DNA of 64,000 bases from Trueperaceae bacterium (GTDB lineage Bacteria > Deinococcota > Deinococci > Deinococcales > Trueperaceae): assembly GCA_965213925.1 (NCBI GenBank), contig OZ243927.1:2432001-2496000 (forward strand), read 5' to 3'. The notes under the pieces are model-generated. The model was given only the letters and a program-made list of their open reading frames with translations. It ran no database searches and was not told where the DNA came from. A program made the position numbers and the translations under genes. Shown one piece after another: positions 9,907-19,672 of the stretch (its first letter is position 1; the number at the start of each line of letters is the position of its first letter).

Positions 9907-10602
9907 TTACTGCTCAATACCGTACGCCACCCCCACGGAGACGCTCACCGAGAGCTGCCCCGCCGAGACGGGCATGTCGCTCGCCGCTTCCATCTGCATC
10001 ATGCGGGTTTGCTGGGGGACGGGCTGCGAGCCGCTGTCTTGCTCCGTGATGCGTTTGACCATGCCCAACTCGACGCCTGCTAAAGAGGCAAGTTGTTCGG
10101 CTTTGTCTCTGGCGGCGTTCATCGCGCTTTCGCGGGCGCGGTCCTCGAGCGCCTTCGCGTCCGCAAAGGTGTAGCGCACGTTGCTCACCTCGTTCGCCCC
10201 GGCTTGGACGCTGCGCCCCAAAAGCGTGCTGAGTTGCTCGGTGTCTCGCACGGTGACGCGCAGCCGGTTCACCACACGAAAGCGCGTGCCCGTGAGTTCA
10301 CCTTCGCGGTTGTAGTTCTGCTCGGGAAAGATGCTCACGTCCACCGTGCGGATGTCCCGCTCGGCGACGCCGAGTGCTCTGAGCGTGGCGAGGAGTCGCG
10401 TGACCTTCTCGCTGACCTCATCGCTCGCCGCGACCACGTCCGCTTGAAAGGCGCTCACGCCTACGTCGAAGGTCGCTAAGTCGGGCTCGGCGTAAACTGT
10501 GCCCACGCCGGTGACAGAGATTGCGTTTTCGTTCATAGAGTCCTGCGCATAGGCGAATGCGCTAAGCAGCGTTAGAAGAATCGCTAGGATAAGAGGCTTC
10601 AT
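9907..10602 (-). CDS. SIMPL (DUF541) domain secreted protein
   Basis: signal peptide MKPLILAILL..AYA, ISVTGVG..AEPD, A...ARDKA..LA; start reassigned to 10602 after AAGGAG. Confidence 0.85.
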   Translation of the reverse strand: MKPLILAILLTLLSAFAYAQDSMNENAISVTGVGTVYAEPDLATFDVGVSAFQADVVAASDEVSEKVTRLLATLRALGVAERDIRTVDVSIFPEQNYNREGELTGTRFRVVNRLRVTVRDTEQLSTLLGRSVQAGANEVSNVRYTFADAKALEDRARESAMNAARDKAEQLASLAGVELGMVKRITEQDSGSQPVPQQTRMMQMEAASDMPVSAGQLSVSVSVGVAYGIEQ

Positions 10603-10707
10603 CGGTAACTCCTTTGGTTGAAAGATTAGGTTCGGATGACCTACTCTAACTCGGAGTATGACGCCCAACTTTAATAAACCCTTCTAAAGGAGCTAAACGG
10701 CGCTTCA

Positions 10708-11277
10708 TCAAACGCGTTCGTTCTTGACTTGCCACGCTTGCCAGAGGTGCCGCCGCTCGTGTGCGAGCAGCAAGCCGAACGCCTCGGAGCCGCTCATCCT
10801 GAGCCATTTACTTTCAGGAGACGTGATTTTCAGCGTGTTGAGAGGTAAACCTTCGGCGCGGAGCAAGAGGTCGCGCATCTTTTCTTGAAGACTTAAAAAG
10901 GTCGGCAGCGCGGACGCATCCGGTACGGCGACAGGGCGAAAGGCTTTGGGAGACGCCATGCGCCAGCGGACAGGCGGCTCCTGTGCGCGGATGAAAAGAC
11001 CCGTGAGCAGACCGTAGCGAAGCGTTCCGTTGCCCCTTTCGCCCTTCGCTTTCGCCGCGCCTACGACGGGCTCGAGCATCTCCAAATAAAGCTCACCCGT
11101 GATGTTGAGATGCACCAAACATTCCTGAACCGACCAGCCGCCCGAGAGAGGTTGTTGCGTGAACTGCTCAGGGGTTAAGCCAGCGCAGAGGTCTTTGGCA
11201 TCCTCCTCGATATCGCGGAGTTGCTCTTCGAAGGACGCTACGCTCGGTTTCCCTATCTTCGTCGCCGCTACGGTCAT
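10708..11277 (-). CDS. DinB-family protein
   Basis: WSVQECLVHL and HERRHLWQ histidine motifs. Confidence 0.8.
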   Translation of the reverse strand: MTVAATKIGKPSVASFEEQLRDIEEDAKDLCAGLTPEQFTQQPLSGGWSVQECLVHLNITGELYLEMLEPVVGAAKAKGERGNGTLRYGLLTGLFIRAQEPPVRWRMASPKAFRPVAVPDASALPTFLSLQEKMRDLLLRAEGLPLNTLKITSPESKWLRMSGSEAFGLLLAHERRHLWQAWQVKNERV

Positions 11278-11382
11278 TGTTTTCCTCCTTTCGGACTATT
11301 TTAGGGAAGAGGTCAATGTACGGACCAGGTGGAAATGTCCCGGGTGTTATCGAATTGTATAAACGGGTGTACAACGCTGCCT

Positions 11383-11412
11383 CGCAGGGGAGATTCATGA
11401 ATCTCCCCTACG
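11383..11412. repeat. GTAG-type REP-like palindrome
   Basis: cgcaggggagattca-tgaatctcccctacg. Confidence 0.6.
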
Positions 11413-11441
11413 CCGCCCGCTCTATCTACGTGTTCCCACGC

Positions 11442-13019
11442 TCAACCAAACAACTTTTCGACTTCCACCTCATCTTGCGGCTCGATATAGGCCGTGTCCA
11501 TCTGTGCGAGTTGAAGTTTGCCCGATACGTCGTCGTTGACGCCGTGCCAGTAGGTGTACGAATCTAAGACCCAAATCCCCGACTCGCGCGCGCCGTTGCC
11601 CGAGCCCTTCACGCCGCCAAAAGGCATGTGCGCCTCCGCGCCCGAGGTCGAGTTGTTGATACTCGTCATGCCCGCCTGAATCTCATCCTTGAAGCGGTGC
11701 GCCCATTCGCGATTGTTGGTGTAAATCGCGGAGGATAAGCCGTAGTCTACGGCGTTGGCGACCCCTATGGCTTCTTCGATCCCCTCGACTTTGACGAGGT
11801 TGATGGTCGGTCCGAAGACCTCTTGTTGAAACTGCCGCATTCCCGGTTTGACGCCCTCCCAGATGGTGGGCCAACCGTAGAAGCTGCTGTCCGCGTCGCT
11901 CACGAAGCCTTCGGGCTTGTTGTCTTTCGTAATGCGACCTTCACCGTAAAGGCGCGTCGCCCCGTCCTCTTCGCCCCAGGTGTAATGCTCCGCCCAGCGC
12001 TCATAGAACTTCTCGCTGATAAAAGGACCGTAGAGCACGTCCTCCACCTCGTTCGGGTCGCCGATTTTGACCTCTTTAGCAGCGGCTAAGAACTTCTCTT
12101 TGAACTCGTCGTAAATAGGCGCGTCCACGATGAGGTTGCCCGCCGAGGTGCAGCGCTGCCCGCCCGTGCCGAACGACGCCCAAAGCGCCCCGGTTACGGC
12201 GTTCTCCAGGTCCGCGTCGCGCATGACCACTAAAGGATTTTTGCCGCCGAGTTCTAAGGTCGGGTGTAGGAGGTTGCGCCCTGCCACCCCGCCGATCATC
12301 TTGCCGACTTCAGTCGAACCCGTAAAGGCGAACTTGCCCAGGTAGCCCTCGTCCATCATATCGATGAGGTGCTGACCCGCTTTGTCTTTGCCGCCGCCGA
12401 AGACGAGATTGACGACCCCTTCGGGGATGCCCGCCTCCTGAATCAGCTTGACGAAAGCGTACGCGACGGCGGGCGCGTCCTCCGAGGGCTTCCAGACGAC
12501 CGTGTTACCTGTGACGAGCGCCGGGATGATCTTCCAACTCGGCACGGCGATGGGGAAGTTGCCCGCCGTGACCATGCCGACCACGCCGAGCGGTCGGCGG
12601 TAGGTGTTGAGGTCTTTATTGGGCATTTCCGAGGGGACGGTTTGCCCGTACAGTCGGCGACCTTCGGACTGAAAGAAGTGGCAGGTGTCGATAGCTTCTT
12701 GCACCTCGCCTCTCGCCTCTTTGAGCGTTTTGCCCATCTCTCGAGTAACGAGACGCGAGAGCGCTTCTTTCTCTCGCTCTAAAGCTGTCCCGATTGTGCC
12801 GATGAGTTCGCCGCGCACCGGGGCGGGCGTCTTCGACCAGCGCTTGAAGGCGTCTTTAGCGACCCGGCAGGCTTCGCGGACTTGCTCCTTGGTCGCTTCG
12901 GGAAAGGTGCCGATAATATCTTCTTGGTTGGACGAGTTGCGCGACTCGAAGGTTTCTTGACTCTCGACCTCTTGACCTCCGATAAGGTTGGTGAATGTTT
13001 TTGTGGCTGTTTGGGGCAT
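11442..13019 (-). CDS. aldehyde dehydrogenase family protein
   Basis: FTGST, LELGGKNP, GQRCTS, EVFGP, PFGG; start at 13019 after GAGGAG. Confidence 0.92.
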   Translation of the reverse strand: MPQTATKTFTNLIGGQEVESQETFESRNSSNQEDIIGTFPEATKEQVREACRVAKDAFKRWSKTPAPVRGELIGTIGTALEREKEALSRLVTREMGKTLKEARGEVQEAIDTCHFFQSEGRRLYGQTVPSEMPNKDLNTYRRPLGVVGMVTAGNFPIAVPSWKIIPALVTGNTVVWKPSEDAPAVAYAFVKLIQEAGIPEGVVNLVFGGGKDKAGQHLIDMMDEGYLGKFAFTGSTEVGKMIGGVAGRNLLHPTLELGGKNPLVVMRDADLENAVTGALWASFGTGGQRCTSAGNLIVDAPIYDEFKEKFLAAAKEVKIGDPNEVEDVLYGPFISEKFYERWAEHYTWGEEDGATRLYGEGRITKDNKPEGFVSDADSSFYGWPTIWEGVKPGMRQFQQEVFGPTINLVKVEGIEEAIGVANAVDYGLSSAIYTNNREWAHRFKDEIQAGMTSINNSTSGAEAHMPFGGVKGSGNGARESGIWVLDSYTYWHGVNDDVSGKLQLAQMDTAYIEPQDEVEVEKLFG

Positions 13020-13235
13020 GTGTTTCTCCTCTACGTCAACGAGTGTTTTCTCGATGCTAGCACGAGGGAAGCTCGAGACTTCACTGTGCAAAGAGGTCGA
13101 GAAAACACGCGGGCGCAATTTTGAAAGAGGCTCGAGCCTACGTTAAGAACCGTCTTTACGCTATTCGGAGAGTGTGACCCGAAAATACCGTGAGCAACGC
13201 GCTACGGCACGTTTTGCAGATAAAATCGAGAGGTT

Positions 13236-13532
13236 GTGAGCGTCACTGCGAAGCCCGCCAAACCTGAACACTGCGCCATGTGCGCCCGCGACAAACCCTT
13301 GACCTTTCACCACCTCATCCCGCGCACGAACCATAGCAACAAGTGGTTCAAAAAGCGCTTCGACAAACTGGACATGACCCACCGGGGGGTGTGGCTCTGC
13401 CGCGCCTGTCACAAGCATCTGCACCGCACCTTCTCCGAAAAGGAGCTAGGGCGCGAGTACAACACGCTCGAGGCGATTCTCTCAGAGCCGCAGATTCAGA
13501 AGTTCGTGGGGTGGGTTAGGAAGCAGCGTTAG
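13236..13532 (+). CDS. small HNH-like zinc-binding protein (YisB-like)
   Basis: CxxC, HHLIP, LCRACHKHLH, F.EKEL...YNTLE. Confidence 0.75.
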   Translation: MSVTAKPAKPEHCAMCARDKPLTFHHLIPRTNHSNKWFKKRFDKLDMTHRGVWLCRACHKHLHRTFSEKELGREYNTLEAILSEPQIQKFVGWVRKQR

Positions 13533-13580
13533 GTGGCGGCTTGTTTACGTTGCAAAGGCGAACGGGCTTGACGTGAAAAA

Positions 13581-13618
13581 GGCAGAAGGGAAATTTCTTC
13601 GTTCTCCCTTCCGCCTTC
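13581..13618. terminator. hairpin between convergent genes
   Basis: ggcagaaggga...tcccttccgcc. Confidence 0.45.
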
Positions 13619-13676
13619 TCAACTCTGCTTCTCAGCACCCAGGCTTCGAAGCAACTTGCTCTAAATCTTCCGACCT

Positions 13677-14162
13677 CTAACGCTTCTTACCTAAAAAACG
13701 CTTCGCGGCAAACGCTGCGAGTCCGGCTAGCGCCATTTTGCCGCCGCGACTATTCAGCGGGCTATTTTGCCCCATGAGTTGCTCCAAGAGGTCGGGGTCT
13801 TGCTTGGCGGCGCGGCGCGTCATCTTGCCTAGCTCTCTGGGTGACGCGGCTTGCTCCACGTCGTTCGTCCTGTCGTAACCCTGATAGGAGCGGTTGCCGT
13901 CCTCGGTCGCCTTGAGGTAGCGCTCCGCTAAGTCGCGCCGCTCTTGGGGCGAGAGATTGCTGAAGGCGCGTTCGTACTCGCGCTGCACCTCTTCGTCCTC
14001 GTCCTGGTCGTCCACTTGCCCCATCATTTCGCGGTAGCGCTGGGCCGCCTCCCGGTCGGAGATTTGTTCGGGGTTCTCCCGCTGGCGACGCTCGAAGTCG
14101 CGGTAGTCTTCTTCGCGGTTTTTATCCTGCCCAAAAAATTCGTTCAACGCTTTGTCCAACAT
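13677..14162 (-). CDS. uncharacterised charged helical protein, paralog of 30465..30938
   Basis: colinear similarity with 30465..30938; AGGAGG SD. Confidence 0.85.
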   Translation of the reverse strand: MLDKALNEFFGQDKNREEDYRDFERRQRENPEQISDREAAQRYREMMGQVDDQDEDEEVQREYERAFSNLSPQERRDLAERYLKATEDGNRSYQGYDRTNDVEQAASPRELGKMTRRAAKQDPDLLEQLMGQNSPLNSRGGKMALAGLAAFAAKRFLGKKR

Positions 14163-14400
14163 CAGTTTTTCCCTCCTGGTAGAGTGAAAGAATGCTTACA
14201 TTTGCGCCTGTCAACTTCACTATAGAGGGGGATGAAATCAGAGACTGTAGCCATGTTCGGATTGAGGAAGGTGTTTCGACTTGCGCTCACGAGTTGCTGT
14301 GGGCGTGAGCGACAGGATTAACACGCGAGAGCTTGAGGTAGAAAGTTTTTTTCACCGCAAAGCGTTTACGAGCGCGCAGTCAATGCACGAACACCACGGA

Positions 14401-15078
14401 TTACGCCTCGCGAACGGCGTCCTCTAACTCGTCCTTGTCCATCTTGCTACGCCCTGATACATCCAAGTCTTGGGCACGTTCGTAAAGTTCGTCTTTGGTG
14501 AGGTCTGAGAGATTCCCGTCTTCGCTCCCCTCTATCTCCGCGTCACGAATCGCCTGCACGAGTTCGTCTTTGGTCATGGTGCTGCGCCCAGAGATGTCTA
14601 GCTGCGCCGCCCACGTCTGCAACTCGTCCTTGGTCGGCTCCGGTACGTCCTCACCTTCGGCAAAGCCAAGCGCCCACATCGCCTTTTTAACTGCGTCGGG
14701 CCAGTCGGCGTGCTGCTCGCCCTCCCTAGAGACCTCTTTTTTCGTCTTCTCGGCTTCTTTGGTTTGCTCGTCTGTGAGCATTGCCCAAGCTTTTTGGGGC
14801 AAGTAACGCTTCATCGCGCTGCCCTGCTGCGCGTCCGCGTCGCCCTCTTTGGTCTGCCAGTCTTGGTTCGTCCACGCTTCTAAAGACTGCGCCGCGTCGT
14901 CCTTTTCGTCCTTTTTATAGCCGCCGCCCCTTTTTTCATATTCCTGCACCAAAAGCTGACTCTTACGCGCCGACCACTGCCCCGGCTCGCCGCCCTTATC
15001 CGACTGCTTGATGTCCTCTTTCAGCTCGCGGCGCAGGTCGGGTTTGGTGTACTTTTCCTCGTAGTCGTCACTCGCCAT
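14401..15078 (-). CDS. DUF5872-like protein with two C-terminal Rho-N-like repeats
   Basis: KGGEPGQWSARKSQ..YEKRGGGY, WT.QDW.T, RYLP; two TKDEL..A..LD.SGRS.M.KDEL repeats; start at 15078. Confidence 0.75.
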   Translation of the reverse strand: MASDDYEEKYTKPDLRRELKEDIKQSDKGGEPGQWSARKSQLLVQEYEKRGGGYKKDEKDDAAQSLEAWTNQDWQTKEGDADAQQGSAMKRYLPQKAWAMLTDEQTKEAEKTKKEVSREGEQHADWPDAVKKAMWALGFAEGEDVPEPTKDELQTWAAQLDISGRSTMTKDELVQAIRDAEIEGSEDGNLSDLTKDELYERAQDLDVSGRSKMDKDELEDAVREA

Positions 15079-15553
15079 AGCGCAACCCCTCCAAAACTTG
15101 CTGCGCTTTGTCCGCGTAGTCATTGTCCACCATGACGTTGTAGCTCTCCGCTTGCATCCCCCCTACCGAGGTGAAGTCGCGCTTGCCGCCCGTCATCGCG
15201 TAGCCGACGACGCCTAAGAGTGCACCTGCAATCGCGCCCGCGATTAGACCGTAAAGAAGCATCGTGAGAATAGGCGCGAAGCCGAACAAGCCGAAGATAA
15301 GCCCGATGAAGAGCCCCGTAGTCGCGCCGCTCGCCGCGCCGTTAAGCGTCGCTTTGCCGTAGTCCAGGCTGCCCGTCACCTGTTCGACGAACTTGAGCCC
15401 TTCCGCGACGATGGCGGTGTGCTCGACGGGAAAGTCGTTATCCGAGAGGTAGTCGACGGCTTTTTGCGCGGCGGCGTAGTCTGAATACGTCGCAATCGTT
15501 TGCCTGGGTCTTTTAGATGCTGCCTGGGGGGTTCTCTGCATAGGTTGGTCCAT
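15068..15553 (-). CDS. general stress protein (17M/YflT-like) with membrane hairpin
   Basis: IATYSDY..AQKAVDYLSD.DFPV, glycine-zipper TM pair, GGKRDFTS. Confidence 0.78.
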   Translation of the reverse strand: MDQPMQRTPQAASKRPRQTIATYSDYAAAQKAVDYLSDNDFPVEHTAIVAEGLKFVEQVTGSLDYGKATLNGAASGATTGLFIGLIFGLFGFAPILTMLLYGLIAGAIAGALLGVVGYAMTGGKRDFTSVGGMQAESYNVMVDNDYADKAQQVLEGLRYGE

Positions 15554-15655
15554 GGGTTCCTCCTGTAAAGTTCAGATTAGGAGGAAACGCGCCCTCGCTT
15601 ATCGCACTGCGTTACAGAGCGGCGCTGTAAGCGTAAGCCAACTGGGTTTATCTCT

Positions 15656-16537
15656 TTAAATGGGGGAGACACCGTCCAACCACGCCCGCAATTCCTTCCC
15701 GATCTCGAGGGGTCTATCCTCCGGCAGAAAATGCAACCCCTCCCCGACATCCACCGCCGTAAGATTCGGCAACCTCTTACACCACGCGACCTCTTCCGCG
15801 CCGATGATCGCCCCCGGCTGCGCGTAGAGGAGGAGCTTGGGAACGTTTGAGGTCTCGAGGTAAGCGTTGTAACCGTCCACGATCTGAACCACGTCAGCAG
15901 GTTGACCCTCGATAGGTATCTCCCTGACCTCTTGCAGGATAGGCTCGCGGTCTTGCGGCTTTACGAAGGGCGCGCGGTAGGCGTTCATCTCCGCTTCGGA
16001 CAACTCGCGCAGGGTGCCGCCCGGTAAGACGGTCTCAACGAAGAAATTCTCCTCCAAAATCATCCGCTCCCCGACGCCTTCTGTGCGCAACTTCTTGAAC
16101 ATCTCCTGTGAGCCTTCGTCAAAATCATCCCAAGTGTTCGTGTGAAGGTGCCCCTCCATGAACGCAACCGCTCTGACGTTTTCGGGATAGCGCGTGAGGT
16201 AGTGAAGCCCAATCGCGACGCCCCAGTCATGCATGACGAAGGTGATGTTGCGGAGCCCTAACATTTCAATGAACGCATCCACGTAGGCGATGTGTTCAAC
16301 CAAGCGGTAGTCGATATCCGGCTTGCCCGACGCCCCCATCCCGATGAGGTCGGGGGCGAGGCAGCGTCCCTTGTCCTCCATGTAGGGAATAACGTTGCGC
16401 CACAGGTACGAAGAGGTTGGGTTGCCGTGTAAAAAGACGATAGGGTCGCCCTGCCCAGCCTCGAGGTAGTGTATAAACGAGTCTTTCACCTCAACCGTCT
16501 TCGAAGTGAGGGACTCAGGAATCGCAGCGTCAAACAT
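15656..16537 (-). CDS. haloalkane dehalogenase (DhaA-type alpha/beta hydrolase)
   Basis: FLHGNPTSSYLWRN, APDLIGMG.SGKP, HDWG nucleophile, GLHFLPED. Confidence 0.9.
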   Translation of the reverse strand: MFDAAIPESLTSKTVEVKDSFIHYLEAGQGDPIVFLHGNPTSSYLWRNVIPYMEDKGRCLAPDLIGMGASGKPDIDYRLVEHIAYVDAFIEMLGLRNITFVMHDWGVAIGLHYLTRYPENVRAVAFMEGHLHTNTWDDFDEGSQEMFKKLRTEGVGERMILEENFFVETVLPGGTLRELSEAEMNAYRAPFVKPQDREPILQEVREIPIEGQPADVVQIVDGYNAYLETSNVPKLLLYAQPGAIIGAEEVAWCKRLPNLTAVDVGEGLHFLPEDRPLEIGKELRAWLDGVSPI

Positions 16538-16545
16538 CGCCGAGC

Positions 16546-17163
16546 CTACTTGTGCGCTTTATTCGCGTGCGGAAAAGGAACCTCAGGACGCGCCAAGCCG
16601 AGAAAGCCCGCGAGCTTATCCCAGCCGTCGCCCTCCTCCCAGCAGACTTCTAAGAGGTCGCCCGGTCGCGTCTTGAAGTAGCGCCTTATCTCCTCTAAAT
16701 GCCGCTCGTAAAAGCGGATGTGTTCGTCCTTGTGTTCGTGGGGCATGGCGTAGCCGTAGATGACCTTGCGAAACTCCGTGGGTCCGGTCAGCTCGGCGTG
16801 TTTGCGCAGGCTCTCGAACCAGGTTTCGGCGTCTTTGCGTCTCGTTAGGATGAACTTTGTACCGGGAAATGTCTGGTCGAATTCTCTGTAGAGGAGGGGC
16901 CAGGGCCAGTCTTCAAAGGAGTCGAAGTGGCTGGCTTGCCGCAACACGCGCGTGTAGTCGCGCTCGCGCCACGCTCTAAATGCCTCCATACTGTAAGAGG
17001 TGTGCTTCATGCCCCAATGTTGCAAACACACGCCCAAAGTCGAGGTGCCCGTTTTGTTGAGCCCGATGCCGACGACTTTTCCTCTTTCTTCCATCTCTGG
17101 ACCGCTCCCCTTCATCCGATTTCGCGCTGCTTGCGCTGCGAGACGACCTGCGATGATAAACAT
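16546..17163 (-). CDS. sulfotransferase-family (P-loop, Sulfotransfer_4-like) protein; start may be 17115 or 17094
   Basis: GIGLNKTGTSTL, FEDWPW, KFILTRR...W..S, GWDKL..FLG, PFPHAN. Confidence 0.8.
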   Translation of the reverse strand: MFIIAGRLAAQAARNRMKGSGPEMEERGKVVGIGLNKTGTSTLGVCLQHWGMKHTSYSMEAFRAWRERDYTRVLRQASHFDSFEDWPWPLLYREFDQTFPGTKFILTRRKDAETWFESLRKHAELTGPTEFRKVIYGYAMPHEHKDEHIRFYERHLEEIRRYFKTRPGDLLEVCWEEGDGWDKLAGFLGLARPEVPFPHANKAHK

Positions 17164-17489
17164 ACGTTACCTCCGTTTTCAGCAGGTATTATCTGGTCAG
17201 AAGCATTCGCACTTTACAAAACGTTGCTTAGCCCGCACTTTCGGAGATGATACCTGTGCCACTTTGCCTCAGTGTGCTGTAGAGCTGCTACAGAGTTCGT
17301 TTCTGTTTGCGTCACCTTCAGCGTTTTACTTCTTTTTCTTCGACCTCTTTTCCTACTCAATCTCTTACTTCTTTTGACCTCTTGCCTCGCTAACTCTTTT
17401 CCTTACGAGCCTGCTATTTCGTATGACCTCCTAACCTCATCGGCACTTCTTCTCGAGGAGTTTCTCGAGCACCTCCTTCAGAAAACTAT

Positions 17490-17516
17490 CTGAATCGATT
17501 TTCTGAATCGTTTCAG
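17490..17516. promoter_or_regulatory. tandem LacI-family operator-like sites
   Basis: ctgaatcgattttc and ctgaatcgtttcag, central CG as in LacI/GalR operators, directly upstream of the LacI gene. Confidence 0.6.
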
Positions 17517-17535
17517 TAGTATAGACTGAAGCTCT

Positions 17536-18657
17536 ATGGATGTCAAATCTTCTCAACCTCTGCGCCGCGTCACCCTCAAAGCCATCGCCGAGGACTTGGG
17601 CGTCGCGCCCTCCACCGTCTCAAACGCCTACAACCGCCCCGACCAACTTTCGCCGGCGTTGCGAGCGAAGGTTTTAGAGCGTGCCAAAGAACTCGGGTAC
17701 GCCGGACCCGACCCGATGGCGGCGAGTCTGCGCCGAGGTAAAACGGGCGCGGTCGGTCTCGTCTTTCCCAACTCGCTCTCCTACACCTTTACCGACCCTA
17801 TCGCCGCTTCGTTCGTGCGAGGCGTCGCGGGCGAAGTGGAGCGCTCGGGCTACGGGCTGCTGCTCGTCGGCGGATTTTTTACCGAAGATAAGGGTGAAGA
17901 CCAAGAGGGCAGTGGTGCACAGCGGGAGACGTTTCTGGCGGCGCAGGCGAACGTGGACGGGTTCGTGCTCTACAACCTCTCGAGCGACGACCCACTCCTA
18001 GAGACGGCGCTGGGGCGCAATTTACCGACTGTACTCGTGGACAATCCTGATGTTGCGGACGTTCCCTCGGTCATCGTTGAGGATGAGGTGGGGGCGTATA
18101 AGGCAGCGGAACACCTGCTCAGCTTGGGTCACAAGAGGTTAGGGGTGATTTCGCTCGAGCTAGACCTGAACGCGAAGGGTGGTCTAATCGACCTGGCGCG
18201 GCAAAAGCGAGCCGCGTATCGTCCGACGCAGACGCGCTTGAAAGGTTATGCCGCCGCCGTGCAAGCCGCTGGGCTCGCCTGGGGCGAGGTGCTCGTCTAC
18301 GAGACGGAGGACAACTCCGTAGAACAGGGGCGGAAAGCGGCGGCGACGCTCCTCAGTCACCTGAGACCTCCGACTGCCCTCCTCGCGATGAGCGACCAAC
18401 TCGCGCTAGGCGCACTCGCCTACGCTACCGAGTGGGGCGTCCGTGTGCCCGCAGACCTCTCCGTCGTCGGCTATGACGACAGCGTGCTTGCGGCGCGAGC
18501 GTCGCCACCACTGACGACCGTGCGCCAACCTTACGTTGACAAGGGGCGCATCGCGGGGGAGATGCTCTTAACCAAGCTTCGCGGCGAGACACCAACCTCT
18601 CGGAGTTTGGAGACGGAACTGGTCGTAAGGGACTCGAGCGGGAAGGCGCAGCGCTGA
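17536..18657 (+). CDS. LacI-family transcriptional regulator
   Basis: TLKAIAEDLGVAPSTVSNAYN HTH, VPADLSVVGYDD, PPLTTVRQP. Confidence 0.93.
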   Translation: MDVKSSQPLRRVTLKAIAEDLGVAPSTVSNAYNRPDQLSPALRAKVLERAKELGYAGPDPMAASLRRGKTGAVGLVFPNSLSYTFTDPIAASFVRGVAGEVERSGYGLLLVGGFFTEDKGEDQEGSGAQRETFLAAQANVDGFVLYNLSSDDPLLETALGRNLPTVLVDNPDVADVPSVIVEDEVGAYKAAEHLLSLGHKRLGVISLELDLNAKGGLIDLARQKRAAYRPTQTRLKGYAAAVQAAGLAWGEVLVYETEDNSVEQGRKAAATLLSHLRPPTALLAMSDQLALGALAYATEWGVRVPADLSVVGYDDSVLAARASPPLTTVRQPYVDKGRIAGEMLLTKLRGETPTSRSLETELVVRDSSGKAQR

Positions 18658-18788
18658 GTAGTGAGATAGGTAAAGCGTGTGTTTACGGGTGAGGAGATGA
18701 GGGATGAGAAGAGAAAGCAGACCTCTTCCCCTCATCCCCGCTACTCGCCGCACCTCCTCACGCCGCCGACTTTACGTTAGACTACCCC

Positions 18789-19427
18789 ATGCCTTTCTAT
18801 CGTTTTGGAGGGGGCTGGCTCGAGCTGATCGTCGGTCCCATGTTTTCAGGCAAGTCCGAAGAACTCATCCGCCGCGTGACCCGCGCCTTCATCGCCAAGC
18901 AAGAGGTGCAGGTCTTTAAGCCCGCGCTAGATACGCGCTACGACGTGGTCTCGGTCGCTTCGCATAACGGGCGCACCTTGGAGGCGGTAGCGGTGCGCGA
19001 CGCCGAGGAGATGGGCGGACGTTTAGAGCCGCAAACCCAAGTGGTCGCCATTGACGAGGGGCAGTTTTTAGGGGACGAACTCGTTTCTCTGGCGCTAGAC
19101 CTAGCGGACGAGGGCAAGCGCGTCATCCTTGCGGGTCTCGACCTGGACTTTCGCGGCGAGCCTTTCGGGGTGATGCCGCAGCTTTTAGCGCGGGCGGAGT
19201 CGGTGACGAAGCTCACCGCCATTTGCAGGTGTACCCGCGCCGCGACGCGCACGCAGAGGCTCATCGGCGGGCATCCGGCGCACTACGACGACCCGGTCAT
19301 CTTAGTCGGCGCAGCCGAGAGCTACGAGCCGCGCTGCCGCGCCTGCCACTGTGTACCGCGTGCGGAGCGGGTGACGCCACTTTTTCAAGTCGGAGCGCGG
19401 CGGGAGAAGGACGGGCTCGAGCGCTAA
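18789..19427 (+). CDS. tdk: thymidine kinase
   Basis: [42 protein letters not shown]. Confidence 0.95.
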   Translation: MPFYRFGGGWLELIVGPMFSGKSEELIRRVTRAFIAKQEVQVFKPALDTRYDVVSVASHNGRTLEAVAVRDAEEMGGRLEPQTQVVAIDEGQFLGDELVSLALDLADEGKRVILAGLDLDFRGEPFGVMPQLLARAESVTKLTAICRCTRAATRTQRLIGGHPAHYDDPVILVGAAESYEPRCRACHCVPRAERVTPLFQVGARREKDGLER

Positions 19428-19672
19428 CCTGTCCCGAATAAAACGTTCGTAAGTAGAGCATCTGCTACAGTTTATCTAGTACACTTGTACTATCAAGGGT
19501 CGGTCAACGGTTCGGGAGAGCGTCGTGTGACCCTAAAGCAATCGCCGGGCGAGCGCACCTACGCATACACACGGCGCGCCGTGTTCTGCGCGGTGACTCT
19601 AGCCGTACTCAGGAAAGGGGCAAGCCGACGTGTGTTCTCCAACGATAGCTCTGGCGCGGTATACTTAGCCTT

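Noticed and set aside
19477..19492. tagtaca-ct-tgtacta palindrome upstream of the GGDEF gene
   Set aside because: Single short dyad with no adjacent regulator; cannot be distinguished from chance.
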